From Camelus ferus (lineage: Eukaryota), in contig NC_045707.1 of assembly GCF_009834535.1 (NCBI RefSeq), positions 47,618,001 through 47,682,000 of the forward strand: a DNA stretch of 64,000 bases, in the 5' to 3' direction. Numbering within the stretch: position 1 is the first letter of the stretch; each line of letters starts with the position of its first letter. A model generated the notes under the pieces. It had not been told where the DNA came from. It saw nothing but the letters and a program-made list of their open reading frames with translations, and did not search any database. Shown here piece by piece: positions 49,818 through 62,082 of the stretch. A program made the position numbers and the translations under genes.

Positions 49818-52800
49818 GAAAGAGCAATATTAGCATATTGCCAAGAGATACGAAGGCAATGACCAAGATTAAAAAGACATAGCTAAATGATTTACAGCCC
49901 TTGGCTCTGTGAAGTGGGGCTAATTAAAAAAAAATTCTTATTGGACTATTTATTTTATAAAATGTGTGCGTATGTAACTTTGATATCATTTAATGATGTC
50001 ATGCAGTCTTGTCTTTTATGCATTGCAGTAAGCCACCTTAGATCCCTTCTGAGAACAAGGTGGAATATAAACAAGCAAACAAAACCAAAAACCTTCCCCA
50101 GGGAGAACAACTTTTAGTGGTGGCTAAAATAGGAAACACAGTGGTTTATGCAAGGAAAATATGTCCGGTACAGTAACACAGAGAGGAAATGAGATATTCA
50201 TACCAGTGATGACCTCATATTGGTGATCTTATATCTGGAGGACGATAAGAGGAAATCTGGGAATAAGAGGTACGGTACAGAAGCCACATAAGGTCGTGGA
50301 AGGATAATATTCCTGAGGGAAGTTCATCTTACCAGGAGGAGCTTTCCTCGCAGACCTTTCCTCCTGCAGTTTATCTGCCAGAGATGAAAGACTGGTGTAT
50401 GCTCCGCGAGGCAGAAACAATGAAATTTGGGGAAACAAAACAAAACAAAACCACAGGACAGGAATGGACTTTAAAATAGTTTAGGGTGGTAGTTTTCGAA
50501 CTTTATTTTAGCTGCTGAAGTTTTTATCTTTTCCTCCAAATAAAATCTTGCTCTGAACTCTGAAGTAGTAAAACAGGAGCAAGCAGAACTTCGGAAGTTG
50601 AAGTAGAGGGTGGAAGGGCCAGCCTGGTTCCATGACCCTCAATCCTGCCTCCAAGATGCTCTGAGCTCTGAGGAGCACAAGCAGAAAGTGAACGAGGTGG
50701 CAGCTCACAAACATCCCTCATTTTACTAAGGCTTGGGGAGACACTCGTGGTCACGTATAAGGCCGAAGGCAGAGCCAGGCCTTGACCTCTGTTTTCTTGA
50801 CTCAGTCTGCAGCTCCTTCCAAATTACCTTGGTGCTGCCTGATACGTTTGGAGGGGCAGTCGGTTCCAATAGACTGTAAACTCTGTGAAGATTGGAATTG
50901 GGTTTCACTTCTTCACTGTTGTAGAATTCTTGGCATGCAGGAGGCCCTCAAGAAATATTTGCTGAATAAATGAAATAAATGACACATACAATGTCATATG
51001 GCTTTCCTCATTGATGCTTTTAGGGAGTGAAGTGGAGCTGAAAGATGTGAGGAGTATAGTTAATTCATCTTGAAGAGTCTCTTCTTCAGGAAGAGCAGTT
51101 AGTTCCCTGAAGATAAATGATTTACTATTTTTATCTCCTTAAGCCTTACAGATCCTCTCGCTACTCCTCTCCAGTTTAGTACTCCCCAGCCAGAAGGTTT
51201 TCACTTTCTGTTTGAGATTAATATCTTTTTGGTCTTCCTATCTTTGACTAGTCCAGAATGCAGGCCATTTTTCAGAACAGCTCTTTTACAAGCTTTCTTT
51301 CCATGGAGTTTGACTTTAGCTCTGGAGATGCATGGATCTTTTCTCGCAGACCCACAAGTTGTGTTGAAGGCATCCCAGCAGTAGCATCTCTCAAATCGTT
51401 ACTCAGTTTAAACCAAGCCCTCTTCAGTTTTCATTTTGCTGCAAAACAAATAGCAGAAGCAGCACCCGGGCATAACAGCTCAACTGTGGTCACTCACTGT
51501 AATTGCCTTTTAATGGCTTGTCTTGAGAAGGGGGCTTGGGCACAAAACCCATGTGTCGGTGTCACAGTTTCCATTTAGCTCAGGTAAAGATGGCAGCTAA
51601 CGGCAATCTGTTTGATGACTTCCACCTGTGTCTCAATAGATGCCTCTCCCTCTCGGGTGTTCTGGGCAATTCTCCACAAGAATGAGCGTCGGGAGAGATG
51701 CATCGAGACGACAAAAGAGGGCGTAAACCATCAACCTTTCAGATATCAGAGTTACAGGCGGTAGCTCAGCTTGGCTGCCAGCACATTCTTGAGGGCCCTG
51801 CAGTGTCCATGTTCACTTTATTTCCCTTTGGAAGAATTTGCAAAGGTATTGGTTGGCTGACCTACCAGCTGTACTGTGTGGCTGAAACAGCCTGTTTGGG
51901 CCACAGTGAAATGGTTGGTTATTCTTCCATCCTATTAGTTATTCCACTGCACTGAAGTTACCTTTCCAAAGAAGCAGCTACAAAAATCATTTTATCTGCA
52001 GTGCCAAGGGGTGGAAGAGAAGCCGCTGCCAAGACTTGGAATGGCTGGGGATGACGGGTTCATTTTTATGCAGGCAAATGGACCAGAGGGGCTTTTAAAA
52101 AGTTGGCATCAGGACTTTTTCTCCATTTTTTTTTTCTTTAGCTGACAATAATGAATGAAGCGTGTTAGGCTTGTTTTCAATTATGCAACAAGTCCCCATT
52201 CATTAGAAACCAAGGCAGTGATCCCAGCTGTATTTCAGCGGCTTTGAAAGTGCAACTCCCTATCTGACCCAGGGTTGAACAGTTTCAGTGTTCAGCATCC
52301 GTGCTGCTAGCTCAGGTACCCTGGGAGTAATTAAACGTTTGCATTTTCAGGAAAGAGAGCTGGCTCTTTCCCACTTGAGCTTAGAGGATGCAGGGCTTGT
52401 CATTTGTTTCTGGGATATGGAGAAATGAGAAATAAAAGAGTTCCAGTCTCACTGTATGTTGTAGGAACTGTCATATAGCCAGGTGGGTCGGACCCTTGGC
52501 TGGGTCCTCACAGTGATTGTTCTGCATACTAAGAGCATTGTGCTTTTGGGAACTCATGTTCTTAAGGCCAGGAACATTCAGGATGTCAACATAAATCTAG
52601 AGTTTTTGATCCTGGAGAGGATAAAAGTGGAGTCCACCTATATTCCTTAGTCCTAAACTGTCATCAAGTATAAGGTATACCCTGATTTAATAACATCTCT
52701 TTTTGGAGGGAGTTGGGGACTGGAGAGAAGAAGCAGAAACACACAAGTACATGTTGATTAAAAAATGTACTTTAGCATCAAAATGTGAAAAATTGCATTT

Positions 52801-52979
52801 TAGCCTTAAGAAAATAGGTATACTATGAAATCATGGGAAAATAATGTTTTATTGAAACTGCATAATTAGACACCAGAAGAACTGGTACTTTCTCTTCCAA
52901 GTGCCCAATGAATCTTTGATGGTTAAGGTTTTGTTGCTTCTTGAAGGACTGGAGAATTGGAATGAATAAATGTCATCAC

Positions 52980-53200
52980 AGCAATAATAATGATTACCCC
53001 GTGGAATAATGACTATGTGCAAGACAGCCAGACGCTTTTGTCTATGTTATTTCCAATTCTTTCTGTAATCTGGAGACATGGGTATTATTTACCCTATTTT
53101 ATAGATGAGGAAACTAAGGCTCAGGAAGTTTACGTGATTTGGCAAAAAGGTCACAAAACTACCAGAGTGTTAAGATATGATTTAAAATGTGCTCCATTTG
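52980..53200 (-). mobile_element. MIR SINE
   Basis: cctattttatagatgaggaaactaaggctcagga core. Confidence 0.8.
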
Positions 53201-53407
53201 ATGCCCACAAAGCAACGCTTCTAGGTTGGGAAAGGGTGAAATGTTTAAGTCTCAAACCAGAGAGCAGAAAAGAGGAAAGGGAGGGGTCCTGGGAAGAGGC
53301 AGAGAAAGGAGGGGCTTTGGAGGGGCGAGCATGTTTTTTGTCTTAGCCCCATGATAACAGCAGGGGTTATTGGCAGGTTCAAGCCCAGGCAGTTTGCATG
53401 CATTTAA

Positions 53408-53568
53408 ATTTTTTTTGAGTAGGGGGTGGGAGGTAATTAGATTGATCGATCGATCGATTGATCGACCTATTTATCTATTTATTACTTTCTAATGGAGGTC
53501 CTGGGGATTGAATGCAAGACCTTGTGCATGCTGTGTTCACTCTACCACTGAGCTATATACCCTCTCCC
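53408..53568 (-). mobile_element. Camelid tRNA-derived SINE (Vic-1 type)
   Basis: Minus strand reads gggagagggtatatagctcagtggtagagtg...ttcaatccccaggacctcca...ctaattacctccc plus A tail; catttaa at both flanks. Confidence 0.85.
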
Positions 53569-54829
53569 TCATTTAAGTCTTACAACAGTCCTGAGACGTT
53601 GTTACTATTTCTATTACACAGACAAGTAAACAGACCCAAAGGAGTCATTTAGTCGATTGAGTTTAAACTGTGGTCTATCTTACTTCAAGGCCTATGCTTG
53701 TGACCAGTAACTTATTTTGTGACAAACAGAATTATTTTTTTTCCTGATAAGTTAGGACGTCTCTTCTATGTTCTCTCCCAAACCTCCGTTTCTCCTTCAG
53801 TCCCTGCTGCAAACCCCCTGTGGTTTACCATGACTGGTTTTGTCAAGCCCCTGCCTTGTTTCCGAGCTCACACGGAGAAGCCACAAGGTGGCAGTATAAC
53901 ACTACACAGTTCCAACATGGGGGAAAGGGCTGTGTATCTTCCCAACTGCATTAACCAGGTCAGACTCAAATCTCACACAGACACGCCATTGTCAGTGAGA
54001 TTGGCCTTAGCGGTTCATCCTGTCCTACATACAGACACATGGAATGCATTCCTCACTAGCTAATCCTAGAGGCATGGATCTCAGAGACCTTAGCTGAAAG
54101 ACAGTGGTTATCCCAACACTACAGCGTCCACCAAGACCTCTAAGAACCAGGAAAGGCTATTTTATTTAGGTTTATGGAATCCATGTTTGAAAAGAACAGA
54201 AGTTATGGAAAGAGCAAGGAGAATAAGGAGAAAGGAAGAGAGCCAGGCTTTGTTGTTAAGGTGTATGGATTCAGAGAGCTCCCGGGTTCCTATCTAGGTG
54301 CATGATTTTAACTTCAATCCCAATAACTCTGGACTTGTTTTCTCACGCATGGAAAGAGAGGACAGTGTCTGCCTTGCAGATGGTTAGGAATATTAAATGA
54401 AGCTAAATCGTAAAATATCTTTAGATGCTTAATCATGGAAACTATATGCTTTCTTCAAATGCTTGTTCCTTAGCTTAGAGATGTAAAGCAACTAAGAGAA
54501 AGGCCAAGATTCATATCAAAGAAGGGACGAGGACAGCGTAGCTGGGGTAGAAATCAATACACAGTCTATGGACAAAGAGAATTCCTGTCGATATAATAAC
54601 ATAAAAAAATTTACAAAGCTGACAGAACAAGGGGAATTCTGTCTGCTTCTCTCTGTGCCATTTTGTAGTTTGTTGTAGTACAGTGGCAGCAAGAAATAAT
54701 CGTGTTTTTCAAGAGGAGTGGGGAGATATACATATAGGAATATGTATGATTTCTAAAGCTTCTTAGGTATCAGTTACGTTTCATAGATGTGTCTCTCAGC
54801 TCATTCTTCACCCATGCCAGTGTTGTCTG

Positions 54830-55045
54830 AACGTAGACTAGGATCAAAAGCATTGAGCTCTGTTTCAAACCCAGCTCTATATTTACTGACTTTATGCCTT
54901 AGGGCCAGTTGCTTAACTTCAGTTTCCTCATTTGAAAAATGAGGAAAATTATAGTAGCTCCTACTTTAGAGGCTTATTCAGGATAATGCATATAAAGTGC
55001 TTAGCACATAGTAAGCCTTAGATAAATGCTGGTCATTATTATTGA
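54830..55045 (+). mobile_element. MIR SINE
   Basis: ttcagtttcctcatttgaaaaatgagg...taaagtgcttagcacatagtaag. Confidence 0.8.
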
Positions 55046-55497
55046 TGACTTTGCCCAGTTAGAATAATAATAGTGCTTTTCATGGGCCAGGAATTCAGTC
55101 ACAGCTGGGAATCTGGTAATATCTGAAATTGCTCAACAGACAATAAAGAGACAGAACAAAGAGCTGGGCTCTTCTTTTCAAATCTCTGCTGAAAGATGTC
55201 CTCACATCCTTTCAGGGTACTTACAGCCATGCCCAGGATTGTGATGTCTACATCAGGCCAAATTGAGTCCCCTTTGCACTTAAATTTCATTCTTGGGGAC
55301 TAGTTGGGAGCCCACTAACGCTTTGAATTAGAGACTCCAGCAACCAGTAGAGTCAGGGGGATCTTGTTTCCCAGTGGTTCACAGAACAGATGTTCCTACG
55401 AGTAACAGCACTTCTTGAGCATAATTTCAATCCCCTTACTTCCCCATTCCTCATCTTTTACAGAGATGCTTCCGTTTGAATTCAAGCACTGTTATGT

Positions 55498-57737
55498 TCA
55501 GTAATCAAAAATCTCCCATAAAATAAAAGCCCGGGACCGTATAGCTTCATAGGTGAATTCTACCAAGCATTTACAAAAGAATAAATTCCAGTCATTCTCA
55601 AACTCTTCCAAAAAAAAAAAAACTGAAGAGAAAACAACACTTCCAAATTCATTTTATGAGGCCAGCATTACCCAGAGAGTAAAGCTAGACAAGGACACTG
55701 TAAGAAAAGAAAATTACAGGCTAGCATCCTTGAATAACATAGATGCAAAAATTCTGAACAAAATACCAGAACACTGAATTGAAGAGCGTATTGAAAGGGT
55801 CATTCACCGTGATCAAGTGGGATTCATCCCTGGAATGCAGAGATGGTTTAGTATACACAAATCAGTAAATCTGAACCACCACATTAACAGAATGAAGGAT
55901 AAAACTTGTATAGTTATTCTAATAGGTGCAGAAAAAGCATTTGATAAAATTTAATATCCTTTAATGCTTAGTGGCTATCAATAAACTAGGTAGAGAAGGA
56001 ATATTTCTCAACATAATAAAGGCCATATATGACAAGCTCACAGCTAACATCATACTCAGTGGTGGAAAGTTATAAACCTTTCCTCTAAGATCAGGAACAA
56101 GACAAGGATGCCCACTCTCACCATTTCTGCTCAACATAGTCCTAGCCTTAGCAATTAGGCAAGAAAGAGAACTAAAAGGCATTCAAATTAGAAAGACGAA
56201 GTAAAATTATTTGTTTGCAGATGACATAGTCTTATATGTAGAACATTTTAAAGACCTCACTAAAAAAATCTGTTAGGACTAATAAATGAATTCAATAAAG
56301 CTGCAGGATACAGAATCAACATACAGTAATCAGTTGTGTTTCTACATACTAAAAATGAACTATCTGAAATAGGAATTAAGAAAGAAATCTAACAATAGCA
56401 TCAAAAATAATAAAATACTTAGAAATAAATTTAACCAAAGAAGGAGGTAAAAGACCTGTACACTAAAAAGTATAAGACATTGATGAGGGAGATTGAAGAA
56501 GACACAAATAAATGGAAAGCTATTCTGTGTTCTTAGATTTGAAGTATTAATATTGTGAAAATGCCCATATTACCCCAGATGATCTACAGATCCAATGCAA
56601 TCCCTATCAAAATTCCAGTGGAATTTTTCATAGAAATGGAAAAAACTATCCTAAATTTGTAGAGAACCACAAAAGACCCCAAATAGCCAAAGCAATCCTG
56701 ATAAAGAAGAACAAAGCTGGAGGCATCACACTTCCTTGTTTCAAGCTATATTTGCAGTTATAGTAATGAAAATAGTATGATACTAGCATAAAAACAGGCA
56801 CATAGACAATTGGAACGGAATAGAGTGCCCAGGCATAAACACATGCACGTATGGTCAGCTAATCTTTGACAATGGCACCAAGAAGACACAATGGGGAAAG
56901 GATAATCTCTTCAATAAACAGTGTTGCGATAACTGGACATCCATATGCTAAAGAATGAAACTAGACCCCTATCTTATACCACTCACAAAAATTAACTCAA
57001 AATGGATCAAAGACTTAAATGTTAGACCCAAAACTCCTAGAAGAAAACATAGGAAAAAGGATTATTGACATTGGTCTTGGCAATAATTTCTTGATAAGAC
57101 ACCCAAAGCACCTAGAACATAAGCTAAAATAAACAAATGGGACTACATCAAATTAAAGAACTCCTGCACAAAAAAAAGGAAATAATCAATAAATTGAAAA
57201 TACAACCTACAGAATGGGAGAAAATATTTGCAAGCCATATATCTGATAAGAGGTTAATACCCAAAATATATAAAAACTCGTATAACTCAGTAAACAGAAA
57301 ATCAAATAATCCAATTTAAAAACTGAGCAAAGAGCCTGAATAGACTTTTTCCCAAAGAAGACAACATGCCAATAAGTACATGAAAAGGTGCTCAACGTCA
57401 CTAATCATCAGAGTAATGCAAATCACACCTACAATGAAATATCAATACCTATTAGGATGGTTATTATCAAAAAGATAAGAGATAACAAATATTGGCAAGG
57501 ATGTGGGGAAAAGGGAACCCTTATTCACTGTTGGTGAGACTGTAAATTGGTACAGCCATTTTGGAAAGCAGTATGGTGGTTCCTCAAAAAATTAAAAAAT
57601 ATATTACCATATGGTTCAGCAATCCTAGTCCTGGGATATATTATCTGAAGGAATTAAAATTAGTATCTCTAAGAGATATCTGCACATGCACATTCACTGC
57701 AGCATTATTCACAGCAGCTAAGATATGGAAACTGCCT
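55498..57737 (+). mobile_element. L1 ORF2 segment (~2.2 kb), decayed, lacking both ends
   Basis: [22 protein letters not shown] (tttgcagatgac ~56214-56225), PTEWEKIFA; collinear with 11894-13980; stops before the 3' UTR; no TSD found. Confidence 0.95.
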
Positions 57738-57849
57738 GATGGAAGGATGATTCTAAGCTGCATTGCAAGACTGGGGCCAGGAGCTATGCCCCAGTCTTTT
57801 AGGGCCTCATTCTGAGATGGTGAGCCTCAGAAGAAAATCGAGGCCCAAC

Positions 57850-58640
57850 CATGTTCAGACACTATTTGTATGGGAGATCCCAGATATTTGAAGTTACAAA
57901 GCCTCAAATTTCTAGTCTCAATTTTAGATCATTTATAACATCATTTCTCCCACCCTGTAATGTCCTTAGGGAATGGGATAGTATGCCTACCTCCAAGATC
58001 CCCTTAGATCACTCATTCCCCTGCAGCAATTAACTCCAGCTGTAGTCATATTTGTGTTATTTTGCTAGACTATTTCTTGGTGGAAAGGAGTCACATTTCC
58101 ATAGTGATGGCAGAACAATCCAGTGTGGTGTCTTTGTTGTTAAATATTTTTACTCACTCATTTATCATTGTATTATTTAATTTTATTTTGACGGGAGTAA
58201 GGGAGGTAATTAGGTTTGTTAATTTTTTAGAGGAGGTGCTGGGGATTGAACCCAGAATCTCTGCATGCTAAGCATGCACTCTACCACTTGAGCTATACTC
58301 TCGCCCCTCAGTGTGGTGTCTTTTACCCTCGTGGGGCCCCAGTCACGACTTCTACCCCAGTCGATGGGTAGAAGACCACCATCGGTGCCACGCCTGCTCC
58401 TCATCTTTATCCGTGTGGATTAATATTACGTCAGCAGCCAGTGAAGATGATCATGTCCCAGTAGTTAGGCTTGAAATTGGGCTGAACATGAATGTCTTTG
58501 TTATTCTCATTGACTTGCAACTTCCGATATTGATTTATTACAATTTCTGATCTTCAGCCCAGAAATCTAGCCTTGTGAGATGCTGGTTAGCATATTTCCA
58601 TCCTGAAATCATCCAATTCCTTGATCATTGAGGAAAATAT
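57850..58640 (-). mobile_element. Ancient CR1/L3-like LINE remnant (split by a SINE)
   Basis: Minus strand ~58580-58500 translates LTRLDFWAEDQKL**INIGSCKSMRI (cf. CR1 DLDRLEKWAE.NKMKFN..KCKVL); FKYLG near 57890. Confidence 0.5.
58136..58308 (-). mobile_element. Camelid tRNA-derived SINE (Vic-1 type) with 15-bp TSD
   Basis: Minus strand gagtatagctcaagtggtagagtgcatgcttagcatgca...gggttcaatccccagcacctcc (A and B boxes); cagtgtggtgtcttt at 58121-58135 and 58309-58323. Confidence 0.92.
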
Positions 58641-59608
58641 TGTAGAAAATTTTAATTGAATCTTTTTCTATGTTAAATTAGGGTGTCCCAGGAAAACAAA
58701 TAAATAAAAATAAGATTTGGTAAAACAGCTTTTTTTCAGAAATTTAAAGCCTGAAGCTTCCAGGTGACAATTGCCTGTACAGGACCTTTGTTTTGAAATA
58801 GCTCATTTAAAAAAATCATACCAACATGATAAATGTATGCTTGTCCATGACACATGGTGTCAGTATCAGAGGCTTGGCTGCAAACTGACCAGTGGGTAAT
58901 GCTGTGACAGCCAAGGCAACTCAGTTAGACAAAGAAATGCAGATGAAGCAAACAAAACCCAGAACAGACTCTCTAAAGGAGCTGATGCGAAAAGCTCATA
59001 ATTTTCTTGGAAGACAGGACGTTTATTTCTGAGTGAGAGATGTTTGAAAAGGAAGGAGAATTCTGGAAAAGTAAGGTAAAGCAAGAACAAGACATTACCC
59101 TGAGGGTCCCCTCGAGAACCGTCACATCCACTTGACCTTCAGTTCTGCAGGTGCTATTGCAGCAAAAGCTTGCAGGAGACTTTTGTCCCACCTGTGCCCA
59201 CAGCTTAAGAAGGATTCCCTGAAAATTAAAAATTATATATATATATATATATACACACATGTTAAAAAATAGGTCATCTTTGTAACATGGAGATGATTTG
59301 GTGCTCTTTGTAAGGACCCAGCTATTGAGATCAGATGTATGATGTTGTTCTTGATGGTCTTGTCTTTATTTTGTCATATTATCTCTTATTTTTCCTGTAG
59401 AGAAGCTAACAGGGTTTAGAATCCTCCTTACAACCAAATCCAGCTGTCTTACTCTGCCTGCACATGCATAAATGCATTTGACTTATTTCCCTCTGTTACT
59501 CATTATTACAAACTTACTGAATTTTCCCTGTTAAAAAATTAACAGTAACATGTGCCATTTTATTCCCTGATGGGGTTCTTTTCTTTTGTGTGTTTTTTTT
59601 CCCTTCAG

Positions 59609-59683
59609 GAAACAAAACAGTATATCTTCATCATCTTTGATCCTGAGGCTGAAAATTGAGAACTGGTTGTGGATTTTGCATGG
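59609..59683 (+). other. Candidate internal exon (75 nt), coding status unknown
   Basis: Long polypyrimidine tract ttcttttcttttgtgtgtttttttttcccttcag and donor TGG|GTATGT; in unique sequence. Confidence 0.4.
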
Positions 59684-61024
59684 GTATGTAAATGACAGTA
59701 ATTATGATTGCTTCAAGCATTACAATATAGTAACACCAATGACAAATTTAATTTATTAATAATAAGGCTAATATAACCATATATTTATACAGCACTGTCA
59801 CATGTATTTTCTTATTTAATTCTTACTTTTACTAGGTACTATTTTTATTTAAAAAAATGGGGAAATTGAGGTTTAGAGGGGTTGCACTTTAATCATTGAG
59901 CACTGTATGATTTTAAAGAGAACTTTCTCTTGGAATAACAATAGCAATTAAAGCATACTGGGTGCTGTCTGTGTGCCAGGTATGTTTGGTTTTACTTGAC
60001 CCATGAAACAGCTCATTGAGGTAGTAAATATTTCTATTCCTGTTGTGCAAATGGGAAGACAGTCTTATAAAAGGTTAAATAACTTACCTACATAATATAT
60101 AGTCTTAAGGAGCTAAAATTCAATCCAGGCTTATGTTCATTTGAAAGCGCTCGTTACTAGCCTGTTTACGAGATCTCTGGAGATACTCATCTGAGTAGTA
60201 TCTTAACCCTTCAGAGACGGTTAGTTCTATGAAGGAGATTTCCCCTTCCACTATTTTCTACACCTAGCAAGAAACACAGCAAGAATGAGTCAAAGGTACT
60301 CCACCAAAGACTTGACTTCTCCAAGCCACGGGACTTTGCTATTATAAGACAGAACAAGGAGTTTCTCACACCCTATTTATCACTGATGTTTTATTTTGTC
60401 AATGCTCGTCTCTGTCCAGAAAGGATTTTAGGAAGCTATGAGGGTCCATAAGAGATCTCACATAATCCCGCAAATAGCTGTATTTATAAGCAGGAAAGGC
60501 AGGCATTTCTGAAGCTTGCTTCCAAGTGGGTTATTTTAAATTAATTGGGACATTCTGCTACTATACAAAGGGTCCAGGTACAGCCTTGTCTTGAGATATC
60601 TACCTTCCAGTCCAGCTTAAGAGTACTTTGAATAAGAAGTACAAAATGGTAATTTACAAATTGCTTTGCCAATATTCAAGTGGTACAGAAATACATAAAG
60701 CAAAAATGAAATCAAAGTTTTTCTGTAATCAGATTTTGGTCTGTGCTTCAGTAACCAATGTGCAGCAGTTTACTGTTTGTTTTCATTTTTCGTTTTTTTG
60801 GTACCAGCATGATTCGTCCTTATTCCTTGGGAATTGCATGCCATAATCCTGTTAAGAACCTCAAAGTTCTGAGCTTAGATTTCATTATAAGTTTTTGGGT
60901 TTGGGGGAACAGTTTTTTTTTTTTGAGATATAATTCACATAATGTATAATTTACTTATCATACAATTCACCCATTTGAGGAACAAGTCACCTGTTTATTC
61001 CCCTGTAGCATGTACATTGCCTTT

Positions 61025-61560
61025 AGATTTCCCTCCTGTCCTTAATGCATTCAGCAAATATTTATTGAGCAACTCTTGTGGGCCAGGCATTGGGCTAAAT
61101 TGGATCCCTAATAGTAAGTAAAATAGAGATGGTTCCTGCTTTCATAAAGCCTTTAGTCTAGAGACAGAACTCTCAGAGTCCAAATTCTCCAAAGTCCAAA
61201 GATCTCAGGTAAAATTCTTATAAATCTTGATAAGTGCTATGTAGGAAACACATACGGTGCTAAGATAGGAAATAACAAGTTGGACATACAGGAGGAATCC
61301 CAGGTAGACAATGAGGGAGAGGTCTTACGTGGGACTGGGTCCCTGAGCTGGGAAAGACCTTGGCATGTGCTGGGCATAGAAGGGAGTCAGAGGGGCTGAA
61401 GTGTGTTGAACCAGGACAGGGTGAGGGTGCTGGCGTGAGATGAGACTGGGGAGGGAGGCAGGAGCCCTCACATGTGGTGAGGAGCTCATGTTCTGTGCTG
61501 TTGGAAGGATTGAAAATGGGAGTTATCATAATCCAATTTATGATTTTTAGGGTTTTAGGT
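61025..61560 (-). mobile_element. L2 LINE 3' fragment
   Basis: cattcagcaaatatttattgagcaac...gccaggcattgggcta...atggttcctgctttcataaagc. Confidence 0.8.
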
Positions 61561-62037
61561 TAATGTCAGAGTTCTGTGCTTCAGGCTCTGGACAAATGTC
61601 AGTCCGTGACTTTGGAAAACCCCCACCACTGTAAGTCCCAATCTTCTCCCTTCCCTAGTGATATTTTCTGGAAGATCTAGACTTCAGAAGGGCTTTGTCA
61701 TGATGTTCTAAAACACAGTGTGAATGGTGTTCCTTGGAGCTGGATAATGAGGATGTATTCACTTCATATGACCTCAAGATTAAGCTATTCTAACAGGTCA
61801 TTTCATATCTAGCCCAGTTCAGATGGGGTCAGAGATTACCCTGCCTTGGACTAAATCCATTTCTGTATTGTTATATAACAGTTACAATTGTTGATTCAAA
61901 TGAAAATATTTAGTTAGTTCTTATGTGACTTAACTTGGTCTGATTGAGCTAGATTTAAATAAGCTAATTTCCCAGGCTCCCACATAATTCCTCTAGTTCT
62001 TAATGGATCACATGATGACGAAGAAGTTCTTATTAAA

Positions 62038-62082
62038 ACACACACACACCACGCACGCACGCACGCGCGCGCACGCTCGCGC
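62038..62082. repeat. Compound (CA)n-(CACG)n-(CG)n microsatellite
   Basis: acacacacacaccacgcacgcacgcacgcgcgcgcacgctcgcgc. Confidence 0.9.

Noticed and set aside
50333..50391. Minus-strand exon (CTG|GTAAGA donor)
   Set aside because: Acceptor ambiguous (50391 or 50374), no partner exons and no recognisable peptide
51758..51774. tRNA A-box-like gtagctcagcttgg
   Set aside because: No B box or cloverleaf follows
52078..52095. CTCF site (ggaccagaggggc)
   Set aside because: Only a partial match to the core consensus; not supportable without data
11894..57737. Two co-oriented L1s flanking the island as a recombination or composite-element structure
   Set aside because: Visibly diverged, different subfamilies, no shared TSD; ordinary L1 density explains it
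58240..58308. tRNA gene (also 53500-53568)
   Set aside because: The tRNA-like head continues into a SINE body and tail flanked by a TSD; it is a SINE
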